DNA from: Podarcis gaigeae
Taxonomy: Eukaryota
Reading direction: 5' to 3' (one strand)
NCBI GenBank assembly: GCA_964106915.2
Contig: OZ066918.1
Length of the DNA stretch: 64,000 nucleotides
A program made the position numbers and the translations under genes. Below the pieces are notes generated by a model. It did not search any database. It was not told the origin of the DNA and saw only the letters and a list, made by a program, of their open reading frames with translations. Numbering within the stretch: position 1 is the first letter of the stretch; every line of letters starts with the position of its first letter. Shown here piece after piece: positions 10,559 to 24,304 of the stretch.

Positions 10559-13468
10559 ATATGAATAAATACAAGTCCATTGTCATCACACACAAACACC
10601 CCTTCCAGATTTCAGCAAATGAGAATGTTTATTATTTGACCAGCCACCAGTATTTTATCTATACAACTAATGTTTACTCTTAAACACCCTCATTAGCTCC
10701 TTGCTTATTCTGTTAAGCTCACCTGGCTATATTTTCCTGCAGCTCTCATTCATTATAAGCAATGATGTTTACCATGTCTGTTAGTAGGTGGAAATAGAAT
10801 ATTTTAGTCCTTAACTAAGAAAGTATTAAATTAATTCGTTTCCTAAAACAATGTAGCAGGCTTTTAAAGCTCACCATTGGAAGAGACAAAGATTTCATCA
10901 CCTGTCAGTGTTCTATGGCAGAAGGCCACAGTGTTTTATCTCTGTGGATGCAACGTTGCTGACTTGGACTGTGCCGCTGCAGTGGACTAACAGAAACCAG
11001 CAAATGGATTTGCAGGTTCCTGTGTGGCTTTTGCATGTTCATGTTTAGCAGTCCACTGTGCATTGAAGTTTCAACACCATAGATGGAATTCACTGCTGCA
11101 CTATTACAAAGGTTAGTTCCATCTGCAAGCGTTTCAGCTTGCCAGGCAGAACAATCACCCTTTCCTCCCCATTTTAAAGCAAAGCAGGTTGCACTGCACA
11201 ACATTGAATTGTTATGTTGTAGTGGGCCACGTTTGAGTGTCTTGTTGATGCCACCCGCCTCTTAGGATCATAGAAGCTTACTTATGCAGCATCATAGTTT
11301 GGTATTGTGTTCTCCAGGATCTCAGGCAGCAGTCCTTCCTCAACCAGCTGAAGATGCCAGGGCTTCACCTTTGACTCTCTACATGCATGTGCCCTTCCGC
11401 TGAGCTACAGCCCTGATCCAGTGTGCAGAGTTATATTCATACATAGAAAAGCTTTGTATATTTAAGAGCTGTGAAGAGTAAAACTGGGGACATATATGTA
11501 AACCTAGCCAAAATGCTAGGAGCAATATGGTAACCAGGGTTATAATTACAGGGCACAGAGGAAAAAAATAACCGAACTGTCAAAAAATAAATAAATCACA
11601 TCTTAACAACGTGCATTTTGCTAAATGGATATTGGTCTTTCGATTCACTGCTGTTGTGCAAGCTTTCAGCCTCACAGGAGGGATAAATCATTGCACCCAT
11701 TTCTTTTGTATTAATAAACATGCACTTGCGCTTACCCAATATAATGTGCCATCTGAAAATAACATAATATGCTTACAGGAGGAAATATGTAAAGAGAGAA
11801 AAGAGAGCACTTTGTACCAATTTTGCTTATTGAACTTGAATTGTTTGAAATTTGTTTCTGCACTATGAAAACATTTCCCCCCGTCATCTGATTTTGGAGG
11901 TCCTCTCTAGTGAATTGTGTCCTTTCACTTACTAGTACTTACATGTTATTTCAGAACAAAATGCTTTCTGACTTTAATTTTTATAGCATTACAGCAATTG
12001 GGCTGGGACTGAGGGGTTCATTTTTGTGTCAAATGGATATGGATATGTTTGGTGTTTTTTTTTAATTCTGTAAATGGGAAGAAAAATATGTGAAAAGGAA
12101 AAGAGGAAAGTTTTCTCACCACTGGGAATACAGGTTATTTTTAAAAATAAAACAATACTGTAAACAGTAGACTTCCAGGCACGAAATGTGCTAGTTCCTT
12201 GTTCTTTGTCATATTGGGCTGACTTTTGCCATTTAATCCTGCCATTCCCCCCCACAAAGAAACCTACAATCGTATCAGCAATTTGCAGAGGATATGTTGC
12301 CCTCCTCTGTCTTTCCATTCACTAGAAAATGCTGTCTGGTTAGAAAATATTATTACAGTCAGAATGAGAAAAAGCATCACTGCAAATGTAATGTTTCCTT
12401 ATGTACTAATGAGTTATTACAGCAGGTTTTCACCTGGGCAGATAACAGGTCTCCAGAGGAGCATTCTCCTTTGAGCAGTTGATAGAGGTCATATATTATA
12501 TGAATATGAGATTGTGGAAACAAAATGTTGCTTTAAAGGATGTTTTGCTTTTGACCTGTGCTTTTGTTTAGAAGGGAACTTACGATTTTCTCAGCAAAAA
12601 GCAAATACCCATTGAGTACAAATGATCATGGTTCAGGGAGGATGAGGAATTCTGATCTAGACCAAGGGTTAATGCCCTCTCCAATGTCTCACACAATGGT
12701 CCAAATCCAGCTCATGCCCCTCACTCCTTCACTGCATGTCAGCTATTTGCTACAGAAAAAAAAAGCAACTATGCAATGGCAACCTACAGAACAAATATGT
12801 CTTGTTTGGCCGTCAGGTACACTGATACTTGAATTTTTTCCAAGCATCGAAAGCCAGTTTCTAAACATAAGGGCATTAATTGCACACGGAGACTTAGAAA
12901 AACGGGTGAATAGGGAAATCGCTGAAGAGCTGAAGCAAAATGCAAATTCAATTCAAATTCAACAATTGAAGCAATGTGCACATTCTGCAGGGCTGATGCT
13001 TCCACTTGCTTCATATGCTCCTCCTTTTCCTGGCCACTGTCTTCCCTTCATGACTGGAAGCGTTGACATACCTCCTTCCACCTTCCCCACGTACAGTTGG
13101 TTTTGCACAAATGCCTATTCACCATAGAAATCTTGCTGATTTCATGTGTTAGTGTATTGGGGTGGGCTCTGACTACTTTATCATCCTGTCTTATCCTGGT
13201 TACTCTCTCTCACCCGTGATTTTGTCAGACTGTATCAAAGAGATTAGTATGCATATGGGTGCACAAACCCAGTTTGCATGAATCCAGAAATGCGTTGGCA
13301 CCCATTGCATTTTTAACAAGATATGAGTATTGGCACCTCACTGCAGATGAAAGGTGTGAAAACTAATACGTACTGGGACAATGAGGGGTAAACTGAACTA
13401 TAGCAAGGGACTTCTAGTGCATTTGAATTCAACATTTGGATTCCATGGGAGAGTTCTAACCATGCCAT

Positions 13469-13764
13469 TGTTGTTGTTTAGTCGTTTAGTCGTGTCCGAC
13501 TCTTCGTGACCCCATGGACCAGAGCACGCCAGGCACTCCTGTCTTCCACTGCCTCCCGCAGTTTGGTCAAACCCATGCTGGTAGCTTCAATAACACTGTC
13601 CAACCATCTCATCTTCTGTCGTCCCCTTCTCCTTGTGCCCTCAATCTTTCCCAACATCAGGGTCTTTTCTCTTCTCATGAGGTGGCCAAAGTATTGGAGC
13701 CTCAGCTTCAGGATCTGTCCTTTCAGTGAGCACTCAGGGCTGATTTCCTTAAGAATCAATAGGT
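13469..13764 (-). mobile_element. Short 5'-truncated BovB insertion
   Basis: Same 3' end as 5218-6377 with a 12-nt internal deletion; 12-bp TSD taaccatgccat at 13457-13468 and 13765-13776. Confidence 0.92.
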
Positions 13765-15714
13765 TAACCATGCCATAGCAAAGTCAATTAAAAAGACCCA
13801 TAACAATACGATACAATTTAATGGTGTGTAGATGCTTCTATTTTTCCAAACAGAACCATATCTATCCATCTACCAACCGATTGTGCAGTTGTCCTTTGCT
13901 TTTATTTTTATGTGTCACAAATCATGCTGAAAATTCACGTTAGGCTCATTTTACCATTCTTAGCTTATTTCATCAAAAGAAAAAGCACAAGACCACTTCA
14001 AGGGCACAGCTGCCACCAACAAAACCTATTAGGCAATAATACAATATTTAGGCACAGAAATAAAGTCTTCTACGGGGACTCAACAGCTGTAACTTCACAG
14101 CAGAAATGTTGACCAATATTTTTCTTCCAAAAAGCAAAGACTGATACAGATAATTTTCAGTTGCTTAAAAAAAGAAAGAAGGAAAGTGAAACAATGTTGT
14201 AATATTAGAAAATTAGAGAGGACATTTGTGACATCATTACTTTCTAGTAGAGTCCTGTAGTTCCTATATGCATCATGTCATTTGAAACGTACAGCCTCAA
14301 GTGCTAAAATGATCAAAACCATATTGTGATATTTTATGAAAAATGGAGGTAAATTAATCACCACTCCCACATTCCAGTTCCTAGAAGCAGATGCTCTGCA
14401 TAGCCCAATTGCACATTATCCAGTTATGCAAGTGACGTCATAGCTTTAAACTCAAACTAACGCTGGAGAGAGATGGCAGTTGAAGGTGGTATTACAGAGC
14501 CATTGTTATCTCTGGTGGTCATATTTATCCGATGGTCATCTCTGTTCATAGGTTGCAAAACTTATGGTCTTCTTTGGAGACCCACAAGACCTTTTTTGAC
14601 CAGAGTTGAGAACAGACAAAAGAATGGGTATGTGTACACACACACACACACACACACCACAATTATTGCTCTATCATTCCACCTTCAGCTCTCATAAAAT
14701 AATTGTCCATCTCCAGCCTAAGCCACACAAGACTGCTTCCAGGATAATCAGCACTAGGCTACAAATAGTTTTTGAAAGAAAACATCAGGCAACTCTGAAT
14801 AGGAGAATTACATGGGTGGGTTTGTACCATTTCACTCATGGATTCACAAAGAGGATTCTGGATTTCTGTTAGATGCTGTTCACTGGTTCAGCTCTGGAAA
14901 AATTGCATGGGTGCCTAATCCCCCATGTAATCTTTCCATATAGAGCCACTCACATAATTACTCCATATAGTTGTTCTGTGCTCTCAGGATACCTCATGCT
15001 GGAAATGGGATATTTAAAAAGGGAGCACCTGGGACTGTAATAATTCCAGAGGCATCACTGGGCTCAGGTGTGTTGGGTGGCAGGCTGAGACAGATGAGGA
15101 GGAGCAAGGTAATGACAGTGAGGTCAGGAGCTGAAACCGGGGAACAGAGCTGGAGGAAGCAGGTACTTCTATTTCCCAGGATATAACTGCCCTGAGTGGG
15201 GAAACAGGACTACCACCACCCTTCTTCCCACCTCAGTGGAGGAGCACAGCAGTGGAATCCAGGGAGGGCACCAACCAATGGCTAGGGTGGAGGAACCAGA
15301 GTAAGAAGGGGAGGGCACAGCCTGGTTGCCCAAGACTGGGCAGTGGTCCCATTACTGACAATACACCCATGTTCTGACAAAGTGAGCATCTCCATATCTC
15401 ACAAGGCACAAGGATTTCTCAAGTAAACTTGGCTTGCCCATCTTTAGAAGCTTTGCAGGTGGGTGACAGTTCTATTGCTTCCATGATGTTCTGAGCTCCT
15501 TGCCCTGATCTTGGACTATGTAGCTGCTTCTAGCCCAGCTAGTCTAATCTATCCTGTCACCTAGTCTGAGTGTGAAGGCTTCTGTGTCTCACGACCTATT
15601 GCTGAGTCTGTACTTTGCCTTAACAAGGATCTCTTACTAACACTCAAGTAACAGCCACTGCCACTGTGGTCTAAATGGGAGTCAGGAGAGGAGCAATAAT
15701 ATAGGGGAAGATTT

Positions 15715-16005
15715 TAAGAACTGTGCTGGATCAGGCCAGAGGCCCATCTATTTTAGCATTCTGTTGTCACAGGGGCCAGCAGATGCCCATGGGGAACCCA
15801 CAAACAGGACGTGAATGCAAACAATACTCTCCCCACCTGTGATTCCTAGGCATACTGTCTCTGACAGTGGAAGCAGAGCATAACCATTGTGGATAGTAGC
15901 CACAGTTTTCATCCATGAATTTGTCTAATTCCCTTTTAAAACCATCCAAATTGGTGGCTATCACTACATCTTGTGGGGACGAATTCCGTAGTTTATGCCT
16001 TGTGT
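15715..16005 (-). mobile_element. Old CR1 LINE 3' fragment
   Basis: Translation NSSPQDVVIATNLDGFKRELDKFM in ORF 15767-16105; similar to 10215-10558. Confidence 0.7.
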
Positions 16006-17944
16006 GAATTATGGGAGAAATGCAGTGCGGTAATTCCATTTTGTCAGATGGAATGATGCCCCCTCCCCTTGCACACTGTTCTGGGTGTTCTCCTGACTCC
16101 CTCAAGCCAATTTTGGGGGTGTAGGCGGCTCAAGGTGGAAGGAGGGGGGGATCCCCATTGCAGTAGCACAGGCTTCCACTAGCAAGACTTGTTGGTTGAA
16201 GCCTGCCCTCTGTTTGTTATTAATAATGCTTAGATGGAAATTTGCCTTATGATCTAGTGGACTCCTAGGATGGCTTACAATAGCAACACAAAAACCCATT
16301 AAACTCCTTGAATAATCTATGAATGATTATAAAAATAAAGCTATACTTCATTCAGTGCAATGCATACCCATACAATCAGTATATAGGATAATATAAACCC
16401 CTAGGATATCCCTAGTTCAAATCTCAGTTAAGGTATTAACTCACTGGATGTCTTTAGACAAGAGAGCTGTTTTTCAGCCACAGTCTTCACATCTGCAAGA
16501 TAGGGGTCAATATTTCACTTGTCAATATTTCAGAACTTTTGTAAGGGTTGCAGAGGTAAAGCACCTGAAGGACCTGAAGCAGTTGGAAAGACTAAAATTT
16601 CTTATTAAAATACTTTCACTATGCTGTTTATCCTAGCCACAGCATTACAGCATACTTGTTATTTAAAGGCTGCAAATCTCCAGTTGATTCAGCAAGTAGG
16701 TAGCCTTCAGGAATATATTGTGCCACCTGTATATAGTCACATTGTCTACTTTGGTAATGCCAGCTACATTTGTTGGTTGTGCAATGTCTTTAACTCACCT
16801 AGAAATTGCTCATGACAGTCTATGAACATGTGGTAGGTTAACGTAAAAAAAATGGGTGATGGATTGTAGAGCCCTTAACAAGGAGGTGGTTTACTTCTGC
16901 TCCTCATAGCAGCAAGATGACAGTGGATGTTCTCATGTGGCATGCATTAGCACAAAGAGAAAAGCCAGAGCACTGGAGGATCAAAATTCTCAGACTGCAA
17001 TGTCAAATCTGTCCAGTCTCAATTTTAAATACCAACAGGGCTATAATGTTATTACACTGAATGGATGGTGGGAGCAAATACCACTCAGTACTATTACTCG
17101 GTTTTAATAACTGCATCAATGCCATTATCTGCAATGTTCCTGAATTAATGCTTATTAATCATGGTTTCGTTCAACTGAACATTGGCTAACTTGGTGTGAA
17201 AGAAACAGGACCAGACTGGAGTGCTTTCCTTTGTTGCCTAAAACCAGAGGCCTAAATCTGATGACTGCAAATGTTTGCACAGGAATCATTCCTCTTTGCT
17301 TCTGCCCTGCTAGTTTTCTGTTAAGCTCACCTGAGACTCATTTCTCAACCCTGGCCAAAATGGCTCCAGCCGGTCAATCAGACCGTTTAAAAGAAAACAA
17401 GAAGAGATTGCTGTCTGACAAGTCAACAACTCATAACTGGACCTGCTTTCTTTGCTGTGCTTTCCTGTGTTCTGTGTCCCTGTCTGTTTTCTTCCTTCAT
17501 TTCTCCTACTCCATGCACTGCCTTGTCTTTTACATTAGGCTGAATCCCTTCACAGGTTTAACAGACATAGTGAATGCTTCATTTGACAGACATGCTGCAT
17601 CCTGTATCCCATTAATTTCCTGAGTCTGAATCATGCCCAGACCTGCTCTGAGTCATGCGTACTTTCATCAGTCCACCCTGATTTTCTGAAGGCCCCTCCA
17701 GATTGGTGTTTATGGCAGGAATATTCTGTAACATGTTATTGACACAATAATAGTGTGATACTGGTGGATTTATTCTGCTGTATTAGTTGCTCTGTGATAC
17801 ATCCTCAATACTACCATAGGCTAATAGCCATTGATAGGATTACCCCTATGAATTTGTCCAATTCTCTTTTAAAGGTATCCAGGTGGTTGGCCATCATGAC
17901 CTCCTATGGGGAAACAAATTCCATAGTTCAGGTATGTATTGTGT

Positions 17945-18706
17945 TGTCAGGGACGCAGCGGGAGCGCAGGGAGGGGAGGAGATGGAGAGCGAGGGGGAGC
18001 AGTCCGAGGGCAGCGTGGGAGAAGAGGACAGTAGCCCGAGAGATTCCATGAGCCTCTCCAGCGAATCGGAAGATTCACAGAAGGGGGCGCCGATGGCCAG
18101 GGCAAGGGGGGCCCCAAGGGGGACACCCCAGAAGCAAGGGGCCAGCGGGGACTCCCAGAGCAGCAGTTGAAAATCAGGACCAGCTTCCCCACCAGAGCAT
18201 AGTGGGGGGGGGGAGGAGTCCCAGGTATCAGGGCCAGCGTATTCACCACCAGTGAGAGAAGATGAGTCAGGGTTGACCACGCCTCCATCGGAGAGCGGGG
18301 GAACGGTCGAGAGGAAGGTTACCGGCTGGGCGCGCGCGCCAAGTTCAAATGTACAGGCGAGCGGCACAGCAGGTAGCCCGGATAGGGAACCAGGTCCTAA
18401 AGCCCGCCGGAAGGAGGGGCAAGAATCAGGGGGGTCAGCGTCAGAAGAGTCCAGAAAGGATGAAACCCCAGCGGGCAGGAGGGCCCAGAGGAGGAAGGAG
18501 CTAAGGAAGAGGTGGAGCAAGGCTAGAGTCTTAAACTGGTGTCGGGGGGAGGAGACTCAGACGGGACTTCGCCGGTCTAGACCTTAAGACGTAGAGCAGC
18601 ACGCTCCGGCTTTGAAATGGAAACTAAAATTCAATAAAGACTTTTGTACATAACTACAGCCGGGCGTCGGTCCTTTGTGAGATGGGACCTAGGGGCGGCT
18701 CTGACA
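17945..18706 (+). mobile_element. Solo LTR (762 bp), Gypsy- or BEL-like
   Basis: Termini tgtcag...ctgaca, 5-bp TSD tgtgt at 17940-17944 and 18707-18711, AATAAA at 18633-18638, high CpG content. Confidence 0.85.
17982..18587 (+). pseudogene. LTR-internal ORF (~200 codons) with one in-frame TGA at 18168-18170; acidic/Ser-rich N-terminus, Arg/Lys-rich C-terminus
   Basis: Track ORFs 17883-18170 and 18252-18587 are in the same frame and the interval between them has no further stop. ATG context gagATGg. Confidence 0.45.
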
Positions 18707-18897
18707 TGTGTGAAGACGTACTTTCTTTTGTCTGACCCAAACCCTCCAGCATTCAGTTTCATTGGGTGGCCCTGCCAGGTTCTAGTATTTTGAGAGAACA
18801 ACATGAGCAGAACAACTTTGCATTCAGGATGACTTTCAAATAAGTTTTGGACTTTGAGATCCAAAACATTTTTTATCTGTCCAGTATGTCTGTAAAT

Positions 18898-19254
18898 AGG
18901 GACACAGGTGGTGCTGTGGGTTAAACCACAGAGCCTAGGACTTGCCGATCAGAAGGTTGGCGGTTTGAATCTCCGCGACAGGGTGAGTTCCCATTGCTCG
19001 GTCCCTGTTCCTGCCAACCTAGCAGTTTGAAAGCACGTCAAAGTGCAAGTAGATAAATAGGTGCCACTCCGGCGGGAAGGTAAACAGCGTTTCCGTGCGC
19101 TGCTCTGGTTCGCCAGAAGCAGCTTAGTCATGCTGGCTACATGACCCGGAAGCTGTACGCCGGCTCCCTCGGCCAATAAAGCGAGATGAGCGCCGCAACT
19201 CCAGAGTCGGTCACGACTGGACCTAATGGTCAGGGGTCCCTTTACCTTTACCTC
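18898..19254 (+). mobile_element. Sauria SINE, full length
   Basis: Head gggacacaggtggtgctgtgggttaaaccac, central gtgcaagtagataaatagg, (accttt)n tail; 11-bp TSD tgtctgtaaat at 18887-18897 and 19255-19265. Confidence 0.92.
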
Positions 19255-21505
19255 TGTCTGTAAATGCAGCTAATTTATGTGCATTTTGAAGAGAAAACTG
19301 GTTATATTAAAAATGCAGGAGGGCAATGGACTAATGCTTCAAAAGTAGGAGTGACCAAAAGCGCCACTAATTTTTCCAGCCATTGGTATAAGCATCTCAA
19401 GTAGGACTGATAACATCAATATTGGAAGTATTGCTAGTATTACCTCATCTATCCATACATCCCACATGCTGAGCTGACTTAGAGGAAGGTTCTTGTACCC
19501 TATTGTTCTCACTTATCTGTATAGGAAAACAGAACTGGCATTAACACCTGGAATCCCTGGGCAGCTACCAGGGCCCTAGCACCTTAGCAGGGTCCATTAT
19601 TGATTCCTGACCTGCCACCCTTAAATTTCACAGCACTGGAAACAGGGCCAAACAGTTGGATCTAGACACTCTTTAAATTTCCCACAATGCCTCTGATTTA
19701 GCAACACTCTTGGGTACTGTGGCAAATTAAAAGTGTAATTACACCCAGCTGCTCAGCACCTCTCATAGTTAAGCCACCACGGCCAAGTAAACCTACCGGG
19801 GCCCATGGGCAGAGGAGATGACTCCCCAGAGAATACTTATGCTAAGGACTTCCTAAAACCTGGAGCTGATCCCAGCCATGATCCCAGCCTAGCAAATAAG
19901 TTCACTTTCCCCATGTCAGGAACTCAAGCAGGAAAGAATCTCAGTTCCCTGAGGGCAGCACAGAACAGCTATGATACCTGAGAATAACGGCATCTCAAAA
20001 TGGCTGTTAAAATAAATTGTTTGAAGTTCAGCTTTTATGTGTGAATCAATCAGCAGCAAAGTATTCAAAACAGGAATTTTAAAAAACCTGATGTTGTTAC
20101 CCAGAGTATATTTGCTCTCTCCTTGCTCTCTCTCTCTCTTCCTGATTCATTGGTCATGTTTCCAAATGTATTTGCTTTAAAAGCAACTGGATTGCATCAT
20201 GAAGCAGCTGCTAATTGATGCCTTTTGATAGTGTGCTTCTTTGAAAGGGCAAGTGCAAGAATTCTTTTCTGTAGCCAGTAAATCCTGTGTTTTGTTTTGT
20301 TTTTTGTTTAAAGCTGATTTGGAGACCTGCGTTTCTCTTGTTTCCAAACAGAACCACCACAACACACCTGAGGTCGCAAATTAGGCTTATTAGCATAGCT
20401 GAGTAATTAAAGCAAAGCTGAGTCTGCTGCCCCGAGATAAAGAACTCCTGGTTTATGGCCTGGTTTGACTTATGCCAGAGATGAATCGGCTGACAGCTTG
20501 GCATAGTGACATTATGTCTCCTGTGCCTGGCTGGTCACAAGAATGATGTTTCAGACTTTTTCACAGGCTAGCTGAGGGTATTAATGCTACCTAATTATAA
20601 GGAGAAAGCCAGTGATGGTGATTTTCTAAGAGTGGGAACTTCATCAGCTCAAAACAGCCGGCCAGGTGTTTCTGTCCTCTTAAACAATAGTCCTGCTGGA
20701 GTATTGCTTCCCATCTGGCAAAGGCTTCTCGTTAAGCTCAGATATACAAATGAAATCTGCCTTGTTTATATTAGATTTGCTGGAAATCTAATGGAAAGGG
20801 AAAGAAGTTGAATAGTTGTAATCACACACTGATGGATAGATTTACATAACTGTGCAGGTTGTTCTATCTGCTGTGAGACAACAAGATGGAAGGATGCAGC
20901 GATATACATGGAGCTCAGAAATAAAATCAGCAATGGCAGGGAAAGAGAAACAAGAAGTGTGGAGGAGGAAACTGGAGGAGAGTAAAGGAGAGAACAGAAT
21001 GCCCCGAGACTGCTCTGTATGAATATATCTTAATAAATACATGGGCTATATTAATATGGGTCTACAGGGAAGACACCTCATAAGTTAGTACTACCCCCCC
21101 CCCCATCATAGTAGCAAAATTCAGGATTAGTGTCCTTGGAAGAGATTTAGCAGCCAAGAACCCCAGATAGGCTTAGCAATGATAACTTACAAATTTGTGT
21201 ACCATTTGGGGCATGGTTGTCTGAACCCTTGGCACAAATCAGTACTGTTCACGAAAAACAAGGTTTTCAACAAGTGCAGATTTTTTAAAAAATCTTATCA
21301 GTGTTTTGGTGTATTCAGAGGGACTAATTTGTGATCTGACTCTGGCTACTCACCAGCAGTCACTGTGTGTTTTGGAACATGTATTCCATGTCATGTATCA
21401 CTTCACAACTTCATGACCACATCTGTATTTGCTGTAAGAATATATTTGCTTATCTCTCTCTCTGTGAATACCCACTTCATTGGCCCTACCCACACGATCA
21501 GATTA

Positions 21506-21765
21506 CCGTATTTTTCGCTCTATAAGATGCAAGTGACCACAAGACGCACCTAGTTTTTGGAGGAGGAAAACAAGAAAAAAAAATATTCTGAATCTCAGAA
21601 GCCAGAACAGCAAGAGGGATCGTTGCACAGTGAAAGCAGCAATCCCCCTTGCTGTTCTGGCTTCTGGGATAGCTGCGCAGCCTGCATTCGCTCCATAAGA
21701 CGCACACACATTTCCCCTTACTTTTTAGGAGGGAAAATGTGAGTCTTATAGAGCAAAAAATACAG
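21506..21765. mobile_element. Tc1/mariner-pogo MITE
   Basis: TIRs ccgtatttttcgctctataaga / tcttatagagcaaaaaatacag, with TA on both sides. Confidence 0.8.
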
Positions 21766-23280
21766 TAGTTCACGTATAATGATGGAAGCATGGGAGCAAC
21801 CACATCACAACACCACAGATGAACAGGCCCTTAGAGCAAGCATAAAAGTGTGGGGAAAGTATGGGCAGGATTTTTTGTGCACTTAGAATCACAGAATTTT
21901 AGAGTTGAAAGGGACCATGAGGATTATGTAGTCCAACTTCTTGCAATGCAGGAATATGCAGCTGCCCCATACAGATATGTTGAAGTAGTAATATTTTTGT
22001 GGCCCCATTGCCTTGCCTTTGCTTATTTTTTGCAAGGGAGAAACTGATTGGAGCCATTACATCAACAGGTTGTACTTGTGGTGTTAAAAAACTTTGGAAA
22101 CTGCAGTTTTTCATGGCAAAAATTTAGACTTTAATGAGCTGGCTGGCAGCTTGGTCATTATTTCTCGTATTCATTAGGCAGACTCTACCAGGCCAGAAAT
22201 CAAACATTTGAACTTTTCTAATGCTGTTTAGAGTGTGTGTCAGGAATATAAATGCATTCTGCTTAGATGAAAGCAGGGCCCATTATCTGTCTATAAACCT
22301 GTACTGTCCCATTCACCCGTTGCCTTCTTATTTTCCCATTTTTTGTTTTGGAAAAATTCAGACGCCTTTCATGTTGTTTACCAAAGGAAACATTTTGAGC
22401 ATTCAGTAATAAAACTAAGGGGGAAATCCTTTACTTCCTCTATGCCTCCTAGCTAGTAACCACATCAATGTGAAGCAAGTATGTTTTTGGTACTGACCCA
22501 GCAAAACATTGCCGCAAATATTTTCAAGATGTCTTTCGAGTCATATTGGTACTCCAGGCTGAGGCAAAGCACACACACACATCTTCCTTGGAAGCAAACC
22601 CTTTCTTTCTTCACAGATGCATTTTCTAAATTGCACTGGTTTCCTCATAATTAAAATGCAGAGGCAGCAATCCTTAGGCAACTTATTCTGGGGATGTACC
22701 ACAGATTTGTATCTGGAGCACATGAAATGTGTGCTGGAGCAGCAGGCATTTCCACACGATCTTTTCACATGTCAATAGAAACATTCCTTTGCCTTTCAGT
22801 GCAATGTTTAATAAGCCTCACTTCCTCTGGCAGGGATGGGGGAAGATTCTGCGTTGTTTGTATTACAGAAATTACCTGGAAGAAACTGCATCTTATTATG
22901 GTTATTAAATTAAGAGCATTTATATAAACATCTCCTCATCCTTTAAAGCCAGTTTTGGTAAAGAGCATATTAGCTACACTGAGTAAAATGTTTGTTTTCT
23001 AATAATATGCTATTCCCATGAGGCATTATTGAGGGGGGAAATATTTCTGTCTCCACTGTCTCCGTTTCAGCCTTTCATTAGGCATCCAACCAGTCTGGTG
23101 TAATTTTGTCCAGGTGGAAATCCTGCATTCTGCCTCTTCTCTTCCTTTCTCCACCTTTTCTGTGAAGTTTTTCTTTACTCAGCCTCTAGTTTCCTATCCA
23201 CTTCTGCCACATTATACCCATAGTCAAACCTAAGCATGTGCAAATGGAAAAATGACAATTTCTGTTTACCAACGCCTCTA

Positions 23281-23511
23281 CAGTGGTACCTTTGGTTACG
23301 AACTTAATTCATTCTGGAGGTCCGTTCTTAACCTGAAACTGTTCTTAACCTGAGGTACCACTTTAGCTAATGGGGCCTCCCGCTGCCACTGCTTGATTTC
23401 TGTTCTTTTCCTGAGGCAAAGTTCTTAACCCGAGGTACTGCTTCTGGGTTAGTGGAGTTTGTAACCCGAAGTGTTTGTAACCCAAGGTGTTTGTAACCCA
23501 AGGTACCACTG
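23281..23511 (+). mobile_element. pogo/Tigger-like MITE (CAGTGGTACC family)
   Basis: TA|cagtggtacct...aggtaccactg|TA. Confidence 0.88.
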
Positions 23512-23513
23512 TA

Positions 23514-23747
23514 TAGTGGTACCTCGGGTTACATATGTTTCAGGTTACATATGCTTCAGGTTACAGACTCCACTAGCCCAAAAATAGTATCTTGGGTTAA
23601 GAACTTTGCTTCAGGATGAGAACAGAAATCACGTGGCAGCAGCAGGAGGAGGCCCCATTAGCTAAAGTGGTGCTTCAGGTCAAGAACAGTTTCAGGTTAA
23701 GAACGGACCTCCAGAACGAATTAAGTACATAACCAGAGATACCACTG
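23514..23747 (-). mobile_element. pogo/Tigger-like MITE, inverted and abutting the previous copy
   Basis: Shares the TA at 23512-23513; the body is the reverse complement of the family; ends accactg|TA. Confidence 0.88.
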
Positions 23748-24304
23748 TACTTCTTTCCCCTCACTTCCTATGTTGGATTTTAGGTTGCAAGATCTATGGA
23801 GCAGGAGCGTGCCCTTTGCAAAGCTCCATGTACACAAATGGTGCTATATACTGTCAAAGAGGTTGCTGGCAGTAAATCACACCATTCGGAATTGCAGTTA
23901 ACTCTTTATTAGCAAAAACATGATCTTCAAAGGCTTGGCTGAGTGTTAGGCCTAATGAGCACAACAGCTGATCCCCAGTAGGTCTGGCCCCATGAATCAT
24001 TTGCCAAGTCCCCCCTCCCCAGTGGCGTAGCGTGGGTTGTCAGCACCCGGGGCAAGGCAAGTAATTTGCGCCCCCTAACCCGTGGGTTTTAGCACTCGAG
24101 TGCGAGCGCGCCCCTCCCCCCAAGATGTTGCGCCCGGCCTCCCTGCACCCCCACGCTACGCCACTGCTTCAGGCCCCCCAATAAAACATTTGAGGGGGCC
24201 AGTCCCCCAGTTGATGGGCATTGCCAATGTGGTAAACAATGTAGGGCGGGGCTTACCTGCCTCCCCCCCCCAAATATCATACTGTATTCACGTTGGCACC
24301 CCTG

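Larger units (their letters stand above)
17815..18810 (-). mobile_element. Old CR1 fragment split by the solo LTR at 17945-18706
   Basis: Flanks 17815-17944 and 18707-18810 rejoin into a continuous CR1 sequence (HPMKLNAGGFGSDKRKYVFT...). Confidence 0.65.

Noticed and set aside
12558-13127. 189-aa ORF
   Set aside because: Non-ATG start, no domain, composition like non-coding DNA.
15030-15360. Possible old LTR (also 60400-60950)
   Set aside because: Composition is suggestive, but I could not define termini or a TSD.
18898-18990. tRNA-like A/B boxes here and at 56640-56733, 57124-57210 and 60060-60115
   Set aside because: These are SINE heads, not tRNA genes.
23440-23560. Short spaced repeats (tgtaacc / ggttaca) resembling a CRISPR array
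   Set aside because: Subterminal repeats of pogo-like MITEs in a eukaryotic genome; no unique spacers.
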